Shown: one piece after another, positions 57,078-64,000 of the stretch
How the letters are laid out: each line of letters starts with the position of its first letter
How positions within the stretch are numbered: the stretch's first letter is position 1
Assembly: GCA_017451735.1 (NCBI GenBank)
Contig: JAFTNU010000034.1
Span: 3,519-67,518 of the forward strand
DNA length: 64,000 nucleotides
Reading direction: 5' to 3'
DNA from: Clostridia bacterium
Lineage (GTDB): Bacteria > Bacillota > Clostridia > Oscillospirales > CAG-272
Translations under genes and position numbers: made by a program
The notes under the pieces: generated by a model
Databases searched by the model: none
What the model was told of the DNA's origin: nothing
Seen by the model: only the letters and a program-made list of their open reading frames with translations

Positions 57078-57106
57078 TTGCAAAAAGCGTTATAATGTAG
57101 TATAAT
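57078..57106 (+). promoter_or_regulatory. Putative sigma-A promoter (TTGCAA-17-TATAAT)
   Basis: -35 at 57078-83. TATAAT at 57101-06 has the correct spacing; two further TATAAT copies sit at 57091 and 57113. Confidence 0.5.
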
Positions 57107-57144
57107 ATATTTTATAATGTATAAGTTTCCACGGAGGAGCAGTT

Positions 57145-58287
57145 ATGACAGAAAAACGCGAGATCCGCATCGGGCTTTTGGGCTTTGGCTTTATGGGCAA
57201 GACCCATGCCTTTGCCGTGTCCAATCTTCCCTATTATTGCGGTGTGCTTCCCTTTCATGCGCAGGTGTACGGAGTGGCCACCCGTTCTCTTGATAAATCC
57301 ATGGCCGTGGCGGCCGAATTCGGCATTCCTCTTGCCGTGGACAGCGAGGATGCGCTCATCAACTGCCCGGATATTGACGTAATCGATATCTGCACTCCCA
57401 ATTTTCTTCATGCCGATACGGTGCGGCGGGCCTTGGCCGCCGGTAAGCATATTCTTTGCGAAAAGCCCTTGGCCGACGATCTTTCCAAAGCGGAGGAAAT
57501 GGCCTCTCTTGCCGCGGGAAGCGACTGTATCTGCTCGGTTTTATTTAATAATCGTCATCTTTCTGCCGTTCGGCGTGCCAAGCAATTGATCGAAGAAGGG
57601 CGTCTGGGGCGAATCCTTTCCTTTGACTTCCGATATCTGCACAACTCCTGCACCGACACCGCAAAAAAGGCAGGCTGGAAGCAGATCGCCGACATCTGCG
57701 GCAAGGGAGGTGTGCTTTTGGATCTGGGCTCTCACATCATTGATCTTGCCGTCTTTCTTTGCGGTAAGTTCAGCAAAGTAACAGCAAAGAGCCAGATTGC
57801 CTTCCCCACCCGCACGGGAATGGACGGCAGTGAGTGGAAAACCGACGCTCCCGAGGCATTTTATATTCTGGCCGAGACCGAGTCGGGCGCACACGGCTCG
57901 CTGACCGCCAGCAAGCTGGCGGTGGGCACCAACGATGATTTGGAATTTGCCATTTATGGCACCAAGGGCTCTTTGCGCTTCTCCTTGATGGAGCCCAATT
58001 ATCTGGAATTCTATGATGCCGATGTAGCCCACGAGCCTTACGGCGGCTTTGGCGGATTCACCCGCATTGAATGTGCAGGGCGCTACCCCGCTCCCGCAGG
58101 CTCCTTTCCCTCGCCCAAAGCGGCACAGGGCTGGTTGCGCGGCCATGTGATGGGAATCTACACCTTTTTGAACTCGGTTTATATGGGCAAGCAGGATGCT
58201 CCCACCTTTGCCGACGGTGCATATGTGCAACGCATTATGGATGCGGCTCTTGCCTCTGACGCAGACGGTACCGAAAAGGCGGTCTGA
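57145..58287 (+). CDS. Gfo/Idh/MocA family oxidoreductase
   Basis: Rossmann start IRIGLLGFGFMGKTHA and the EKPLA motif. Confidence 0.85.
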   Translation: MTEKREIRIGLLGFGFMGKTHAFAVSNLPYYCGVLPFHAQVYGVATRSLDKSMAVAAEFGIPLAVDSEDALINCPDIDVIDICTPNFLHADTVRRALAAGKHILCEKPLADDLSKAEEMASLAAGSDCICSVLFNNRHLSAVRRAKQLIEEGRLGRILSFDFRYLHNSCTDTAKKAGWKQIADICGKGGVLLDLGSHIIDLAVFLCGKFSKVTAKSQIAFPTRTGMDGSEWKTDAPEAFYILAETESGAHGSLTASKLAVGTNDDLEFAIYGTKGSLRFSLMEPNYLEFYDADVAHEPYGGFGGFTRIECAGRYPAPAGSFPSPKAAQGWLRGHVMGIYTFLNSVYMGKQDAPTFADGAYVQRIMDAALASDADGTEKAV

Positions 58288-58290
58288 CCC

Positions 58291-58899
58291 TTGAAGATCA
58301 TCGGTTTGACCGGCCCTACCGGTGCCGGCAAGGGCACTGCCGCGGCTATCTTTCAAAAATACGGTATTCCCTCTGTCGATACCGATGCCGTATATCACGA
58401 ATTACTGGAACGGGGCGGTAGCATGACCCATGAGCTGGCAACAGCCTTCGGATCCCATATTTTGGACGAAAACGGCATTGTTGACCGCAAAAAACTGGGG
58501 GCTACCGTCTTCGGCCACGAAAACACACCCGAGCTTTTGCATACTTTGAATACAATCACCCATAAATATGTTATGACAGTCACCCGAGAGCTGCTATGGG
58601 AAATGGAAAAAAGCGGCGTCCGCGCCGTGCTGATCGATGCCCCGCAGCTGTTTGAAGCAAAGATTGAGAAGGAATGCGATATCGTTGTCGGTGTACTCGC
58701 CGACCGTGATCTGCGTTTGTCGCGCATCATGGCGCGGGACGGCATCACAAGGGATGCGGCACTCCGGCGGATCAATGCCCAGCATGACGACACCTTTTAT
58801 CGGGAGGCTTGCCAATACATCCTGAAAAACGACGGAGATCCGGATGCCCTCGAGGCTCAGATCCGTCTGTTTCTGGAAAAATCCGAAGTGGGGTTATAG
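58291..58899 (+). CDS. coaE: Dephospho-CoA kinase
   Basis: IIGLTGPTGAGKGT P-loop and VLIDAPQLFE. TTG start. Confidence 0.88.
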   Translation: MKIIGLTGPTGAGKGTAAAIFQKYGIPSVDTDAVYHELLERGGSMTHELATAFGSHILDENGIVDRKKLGATVFGHENTPELLHTLNTITHKYVMTVTRELLWEMEKSGVRAVLIDAPQLFEAKIEKECDIVVGVLADRDLRLSRIMARDGITRDAALRRINAQHDDTFYREACQYILKNDGDPDALEAQIRLFLEKSEVGL

Positions 58900-58900
58900 G

Positions 58901-59476
58901 GTGAAAACGTACGGTCGGAAACACATTGCCACCATATTGGCAATCTTCCTCTCATTGGCACTGGTTTCTTTATGTCTGGCACAATGCACCGCAGAGTCCA
59001 GACGGGAAAAGCGAGAACAAAAATATCTGGAAGCGGCACGCCTTGCCGCCGCTGAATTTGATGTTCCCTTTCCTTTGGTTCTGGCGGTCATCCGCACGGA
59101 AAGCGATTTCCTGCCCGATGTTGTCTCGGACGCGGGGGCTTGCGGATTGATGCAACTGATGCCTGACACCTATCGCTATTTGCGTGATGAGACCTTTTGC
59201 GAGGAGCGTTCCGACAACGCGATCTTTGACCCTGCCGTCAACATCCGGTACGGCACCTATTACCTTTCTTATCTTTTTGGAAAATTCGGCAACTGGTTCA
59301 CGGCTCTTGCCGCCTACAACGCAGGCGAAGGACGGGTGGCCGATTGGCTGACCGACACAGAGCTTTCTCCCGACGGGCGGCTGAAAACCATCCCGTTCCC
59401 CGAGACTGCATCCTATGTGGAAAAGGCCCTGGATGCCTATTCCGCATATCGCCAAAAATATCAAATCACACCTTAA
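58901..59476 (+). CDS. Lytic transglycosylase (SLT domain) protein
   Basis: IRTESDF ... ACGLMQLMPDT ... AYNAG motifs after an N-terminal TM segment. GTG 58901 avoids overlap with coaE. Confidence 0.8.
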   Translation: MKTYGRKHIATILAIFLSLALVSLCLAQCTAESRREKREQKYLEAARLAAAEFDVPFPLVLAVIRTESDFLPDVVSDAGACGLMQLMPDTYRYLRDETFCEERSDNAIFDPAVNIRYGTYYLSYLFGKFGNWFTALAAYNAGEGRVADWLTDTELSPDGRLKTIPFPETASYVEKALDAYSAYRQKYQITP

Positions 59477-59488
59477 AAGGAGCGCCAC

Positions 59489-60892
59489 ATGAAAGAAGAA
59501 AACAGCAAAGCAAAAGAATTGAGCGATAAACTTTTCTACCGCAAAAAAAGTGTTTATGAGTACACGGATAGCGCCCATGTGGAAAAGGCGTACGATTATG
59601 CCAAAGGATATTCCGCCTTTCTCGATGCCGCAAAAACCGAACGTGAGGCAGTACGTGAGGCCATTCGATTGGCCACGGAAAGAGGCTTTGTTCCCTATGC
59701 CCTTGGCGACAAAGTCAGCGCGGGCGGCAAATATTACTATAACAACCGGGGCAAAAGCCTGTATCTCTTTACGGTTGGAACCGAGCCCCTGGAGGCGGGC
59801 ATTCGCATTTCCGCCGCCCATATCGACTCTCCCCGTCTGGACCTGAAGCAATGTCCCCTGTACGAGGATGGTGGTATGAGCTTCTTCAAGACCCATTATT
59901 ACGGCGGCATCCGCAAGTATCAGTGGGTGGCCACCCCTCTTGCCCTTCATGGCGTGGTGGTTAAGAAGGACGGTACCGTTGTGGAAGTGTGCATCGGTGA
60001 GGATGACAGTGATCCCATCTTTTATATCAACGATCTCCTCCCCCATCTGGGTCACGAAAACGATCGCAAGCCCATAAGCGAGGCTATTCCCGGTGAAAAG
60101 CTGAATATTCTGGTGGGAAGCCGCCCCTTTGACGACAGCGGCAACAAGGATGCCATTAAGCTGAACACCATGGTACTGCTGAATGAAAAATACGGCATCA
60201 CCGAGGATGATTTTCTCTCGGCAGAGCTTTCGGTGGTTCCCGCCATCAAGGCGCGGGATGTAGGGTTTGATCGCTCGATGATCGGCGCTTACGGCCATGA
60301 TGACCGTGTTTGTGCCTACCCCGCCCTTTCCGCCATTTTCGATTGTGCCGATTCAACCCATACTCTCATGTGTGTCCTTGCGGATAAAGAGGAGACCGGC
60401 AGTGACGGCAATACCGGCATGAAGAGCGACCTGTTCCTTGATCTCATCACCGAGCTGTCAAAGGCGCTCGGTGCCGATCCCGCCATGGTGCGCGCCAACT
60501 CCAAGTGCCTCTCCGCCGATGTTTCGGCGGCGTACGATCCCAATTTTCCCGATGTATTTGAAAAGCGCAATACTCCTCTGCTCTCGGCAGGGGTAGTACT
60601 GACCAAATTTACCGGCTCCCGCGGCAAATCGGGCACCAACGACGCCAGCGCCGAATATATCGGTTGGTTGCGCCGCGTCATGGAGGATGACGGCGTGGTT
60701 TGGCAGGCAGGCGAGCTGGGAAAGGTTGACTGTGGCGGTGGTGGAACCGTTGCCAAATTCCTGGCTGAGCACAATATCGAAACCGTTGATCTGGGTGTTC
60801 CTGTTATTTCCATGCACGCTCCCTGTGAAGTGATCGCGAAAGTCGATCTTTACGAGGCGTATCGCGCCTTCTGCGCCTTCTGCCGCACCTGA
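59489..60892 (+). CDS. M18 family aminopeptidase
   Basis: 467 aa with AAHIDSPRLDLK, GHDDRVCAY and ADKEETGS (metal ligands). Confidence 0.85.
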   Translation: MKEENSKAKELSDKLFYRKKSVYEYTDSAHVEKAYDYAKGYSAFLDAAKTEREAVREAIRLATERGFVPYALGDKVSAGGKYYYNNRGKSLYLFTVGTEPLEAGIRISAAHIDSPRLDLKQCPLYEDGGMSFFKTHYYGGIRKYQWVATPLALHGVVVKKDGTVVEVCIGEDDSDPIFYINDLLPHLGHENDRKPISEAIPGEKLNILVGSRPFDDSGNKDAIKLNTMVLLNEKYGITEDDFLSAELSVVPAIKARDVGFDRSMIGAYGHDDRVCAYPALSAIFDCADSTHTLMCVLADKEETGSDGNTGMKSDLFLDLITELSKALGADPAMVRANSKCLSADVSAAYDPNFPDVFEKRNTPLLSAGVVLTKFTGSRGKSGTNDASAEYIGWLRRVMEDDGVVWQAGELGKVDCGGGGTVAKFLAEHNIETVDLGVPVISMHAPCEVIAKVDLYEAYRAFCAFCRT

Positions 60893-61956
60893 TGATCGAT
60901 ACACTGAGATCTATCGAGGCGCGCTTCCTCGAGCTTGAGGTCAGGAGCGCCGATCCCGCGCTTCTTGCGGATGGACAAGCCACTGCTGCCTTGATGAAGG
61001 AATACCGACAGCTAGAGCCTATTGTGGAGAAATTCCGCACATGGCAAAAGCTGAAAAGGGAGGGCGCGGAAGCCAAGATTTTAGCCGATACCGAGCCCGA
61101 CCCCGAGCTGGCCGCTCTGGCCGATACGGAATACCGGCAATGTCGCGAAAGCTGTGAGGCTTTGGAATCCGAGTTAAAACGAATGCTTCTGCCCCGTGAT
61201 CCCAATGACGAACGCAATGTGATCGTAGAGATTCGTGCTGGCGCGGGCGGTGAGGAAGCGGCGCTGTTCGCCGCCGTTCTTTACCGTATGTATGCCATGT
61301 ATGCCGAGGCCGCAGGCTTTCGTACCGGACGCATGAGTGCCAACGAAACCGAGCTTGGCGGTTTTCGGGAAATATCTTTTTCGGTCGAGGGAGACGGCGC
61401 CTATTCCCGTTTCAAATTCGAATCGGGCGTACATCGGGTCCAGCGGGTGCCTGTAACCGAGTCTCAGGGGCGTATCCAGACCTCTACCGTGACTGTGGCA
61501 GTTCTCCCCGAGGCAGAGGATGTAGAGGTTGAGATCTCCCCTGCCGACATCAAAATGGAGTCCTGCAAAAGCTCGGGAGCAGGTGGTCAGCACATCAATA
61601 AAACCGAATCGGCCGTCAGGCTCACGCACCTGCCCACCGGCATCGTAGTGGAATGTCAGGAGGAACGCAGTCAATTCAAAAACCGCGATAAGGCTATGAA
61701 GATGCTCCGTGCGAGACTCTATGATATCAAGCAACGGGAACAAAATGAGCAGATTGCCGGCGCACGGCGTGCCCAAGTAGGCACCGGCGACCGCAGCGAG
61801 CGCATCCGCACTTACAATTACCCGCAGAACCGCGTAACCGATCACCGTATCGGTCTCACGCTCTATCATCTGGACAAAATGCTGAACGGCGACCTTGACG
61901 AAATGATCGACGCACTCCTGACCGCCGAAGCTGCCGAAAAAATGCAAAACACTTAA
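60892..61956 (+). CDS. prfA: Peptide chain release factor 1
   Basis: PVT tripeptide (RVPVTESQGR) and GGQ (SGAGGQHINKTESAVR). The start overlaps the upstream stop (TGATG). Confidence 0.95.
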   Translation: MIDTLRSIEARFLELEVRSADPALLADGQATAALMKEYRQLEPIVEKFRTWQKLKREGAEAKILADTEPDPELAALADTEYRQCRESCEALESELKRMLLPRDPNDERNVIVEIRAGAGGEEAALFAAVLYRMYAMYAEAAGFRTGRMSANETELGGFREISFSVEGDGAYSRFKFESGVHRVQRVPVTESQGRIQTSTVTVAVLPEAEDVEVEISPADIKMESCKSSGAGGQHINKTESAVRLTHLPTGIVVECQEERSQFKNRDKAMKMLRARLYDIKQREQNEQIAGARRAQVGTGDRSERIRTYNYPQNRVTDHRIGLTLYHLDKMLNGDLDEMIDALLTAEAAEKMQNT

Positions 61957-61967
61957 AGGAGTCACCC

Positions 61968-63014
61968 GTGGAAACCAAGGTTTATCAAGTGATCACACCC
62001 GAAAGGGATGCCGCCATTGAAAAAGCCGCCGCAGTCCTGCGGCAAGGCGGTCTTGTGGTCTTTCCAACCGAAACAGTCTACGGCCTTGGCGGTGATGCCA
62101 CCAATCCGCAGGCGGCAAAGGACATCTATGCGGCCAAGGGCCGTCCTTCGGACAACCCTCTGATCATTCATGTAGCGGCCCCTGAGGACGCAGAACCGTA
62201 CGCTGTAACAAGTGACGCCTATTACCGTCTGGCACGGCACTTTATGCCCGGACCGCTCACGGTAATTCTACCTAAAAAAGATACCATACCGCTGTCTGTT
62301 ACAGGCGGACTTGAAACCGTGGCAGTGCGTTGTCCCGCACACCCTGTGGCGCGAGCTTTGATCCGCGCAGCGGGTGTACCTGTCGCCGCCCCATCGGCCA
62401 ACCGATCGGGCAGGCCCTCCCCCACCTGTGCCGCCCACGCCGCAGAGGACCTGACGGGGCGGGTGGATATCATTCTGGATGGGGGCGACTGCGAAGTCGG
62501 TCTGGAATCCACCATCGTCAAGCTGGATGGCAACAAAGGGGTGTTGTTGCGCCCCGGTGCAGTAACCCCCGATGACCTGAAGGCGGTCTTGCCCGAGCTC
62601 TCCATTGCTCCTGCTGTAACAGCAGCATTGGCCGAAGGAGAGCGCGTTCTTTCCCCGGGTATGAAATACCGTCATTACGCTCCGACAGCCCCTTTGATCC
62701 TGTTGGAAGGTGAGGAAAGCGCAGTTCGTGCCTTCCTGGTAGAAAAAGCCTCTGAGCAAGGCGTTGGCATCCTTTGCTTCAACGAAGAAGTGAATCTGAT
62801 GCCCAAGGGTGCTATTCTGTTCCCTGTTGGGGCTCGCGCCGACCTGACAGCCCAGGCACACCGTTTATTCGGTGCACTCCGAGAAGCCGACGCACATCCC
62901 ACGATCAAAAAGCTTTATGCGCATCTCCCCCCAAAGGAAGGTTTGGGACTGGCGCTTTACAACCGCGCCATTCGTGCCGCGGCGCATACCATTCTCCATA
63001 TAGATCGAACATAA
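61968..63014 (+). CDS. tsaC: L-threonylcarbamoyladenylate synthase (Sua5/YwlC long form)
   Basis: VVFPTETVYGLGGDA, KGRPSDNPLIIH and SANRSGRPSPT, plus a C-terminal Sua5 domain. GTG follows AAAGGAG. Confidence 0.9.
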   Translation: METKVYQVITPERDAAIEKAAAVLRQGGLVVFPTETVYGLGGDATNPQAAKDIYAAKGRPSDNPLIIHVAAPEDAEPYAVTSDAYYRLARHFMPGPLTVILPKKDTIPLSVTGGLETVAVRCPAHPVARALIRAAGVPVAAPSANRSGRPSPTCAAHAAEDLTGRVDIILDGGDCEVGLESTIVKLDGNKGVLLRPGAVTPDDLKAVLPELSIAPAVTAALAEGERVLSPGMKYRHYAPTAPLILLEGEESAVRAFLVEKASEQGVGILCFNEEVNLMPKGAILFPVGARADLTAQAHRLFGALREADAHPTIKKLYAHLPPKEGLGLALYNRAIRAAAHTILHIDRT

Positions 63015-63039
63015 ACCGAAAGGAAGTATAGGAACCAAG

Positions 63040-64000
63040 ATGGCAAAGAAAAAGAATTCTCCCGTCACCGACTATTCCCATATCGTCCCCGCTCCCTCAA
63101 CGCCTCAGCCCATCACCGAGACCATCGAGAAAAACTACATGCCTTACGTTATGAGCGTGATCATTTCCCGTGCGATCCCCGAAATCGACGGTCTCAAGCC
63201 CTCCCACAGAAAGCTGCTTTATACCATGAATAAGATGGGGCTTTTGACGGGTAGCCGTACCAAGAGCGCCAACGTGGTGGGACAGACCATGAAGATGAAC
63301 CCCCACGGCGATGCCGCCATTTATGAAACAATGGTGCGTCTCACCCGCGGTCACGCAGCTCTGCTTCACCCCTTGGTTGACTCCAAAGGCAGCTTTGGCA
63401 AGCAGTACTCCAGCGATATGAAATACGCCGCCTCCCGTTACACCGAGGTCAAGCTGGACGGTATCTGTAACGAAATCTTTGCGGGAATCGATAAGGACGC
63501 AGTGGATTTTGTCGACAACTATGACAGTACCATGAAGGAGCCGGTTCTCTTGCCCACTACATTCCCCAATGTGTTGGTCACTCCCAACACAGGCATTGCG
63601 GTGGGTATGGCCTCCAATATCTGCTCCTTCAATCTGGCCGAGGTCTGTGACGGCGCCATTGCCCTGTTGCGCAATCCCAAAACAAACGTGGAAAAGATTC
63701 TGGATCTGATCAAAGCCCCCGACTTTTCGGGTGGCGGTCTGATTATCTACGATCGGGATCAGATGCGTAAGATATACGAGACAGGCCAGGGCTCAATCCG
63801 CATCCGTTCCCGTTACAAGTACGATAAAGAGGAAAACTGTATCGATATTTTGCAGATTCCCTACTCCACCAGCATCGAGGCCATTCTGGACAGTATTTCC
63901 AATTTGGTCAAAGAGGGTAAGATCAAGGATATCACCGATTTCCGCGATGAGATCGATCTGAACGGATTCAAGCTGACGCTTGACCTCAAGCGCGGAACCG
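63040..64000 (+). CDS. DNA gyrase / topoisomerase IV subunit A family protein (3' end outside window)
   Basis: Not in the ORF track because it has no stop in the window. My translation is MAKKKNSPVTDYS...YVMSVIISRAIPEIDGLKPSHRKLLYTM...HGDAAIYETMVRL...YAASRYTEVKL (catalytic Tyr context). Confidence 0.85.
   Translation, partial: MAKKKNSPVTDYSHIVPAPSTPQPITETIEKNYMPYVMSVIISRAIPEIDGLKPSHRKLLYTMNKMGLLTGSRTKSANVVGQTMKMNPHGDAAIYETMVRLTRGHAALLHPLVDSKGSFGKQYSSDMKYAASRYTEVKLDGICNEIFAGIDKDAVDFVDNYDSTMKEPVLLPTTFPNVLVTPNTGIAVGMASNICSFNLAEVCDGAIALLRNPKTNVEKILDLIKAPDFSGGGLIIYDRDQMRKIYETGQGSIRIRSRYKYDKEENCIDILQIPYSTSIEAILDSISNLVKEGKIKDITDFRDEIDLNGFKLTLDLKRGT

Noticed and set aside
1-64000. Scanned for CRISPR arrays, tRNA/rRNA genes, transposases, integrases, phage modules, toxin-antitoxin pairs and known defence-system signatures.
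   Set aside because: I saw no regularly spaced direct repeats, no recombinase-like ORFs and no RNA-gene-like GC-rich intergenic segments. All intergenic regions longer than 100 nt are accounted for by promoters, terminators, the CNNM leader or the AT-rich spacer.

Overview
This is a 64-kb chromosomal segment from a moderately GC-rich, endospore-forming Firmicute. Gene content is Clostridia-like (spoIIID, whiA, pdaA-like deacetylase, a DUF1540-like gene, comEC); the taxon cannot be fixed from sequence alone. I can support about 56 protein-coding genes. I saw no rRNA or tRNA genes, no CRISPR array, and no transposase, integrase or phage genes. Most of the window is core housekeeping: purA, lepB-ylqF-rnhB-yraN, thrC, tig-clpP-clpX, pcrA, secA, trmL-mnmA, a class A PBP, dnaE, whiA, murB, coaE, prfA, tsaC, and a gyrA/parC-family gene cut by the window end. 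The only accessory-looking block is a carbohydrate island at about 3-15.4 kb: two AraC regulators, a GH42-like enzyme, a PMI-like cupin, DUF2264, rhaA, fucO and GH2. I found no clear-cut novel multi-gene system such as a defence, toxin or mobile element. The candidates most worth a second look are: (1) an ORF missing from the track (48 aa, Gln/Asn-rich) with a forespore sigma-G-type promoter, RBS and terminator at 41475-41690; (2) two translationally coupled polytopic membrane proteins of unrecognised family just downstream of secA; (3) a consensus promoter plus a ~190-nt leader carrying an intrinsic terminator in front of a CNNM/CorC-type gene, which is a riboswitch or attenuator candidate of unassigned class; (4) a ~750-bp AT-rich, ORF-poor spacer after spoIIID; (5) an orphan protein with 23 cysteines next to comEC. 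Start codons were refined by RBS inspection where noted. All functional calls rest on motif recognition by eye, not on database searches.
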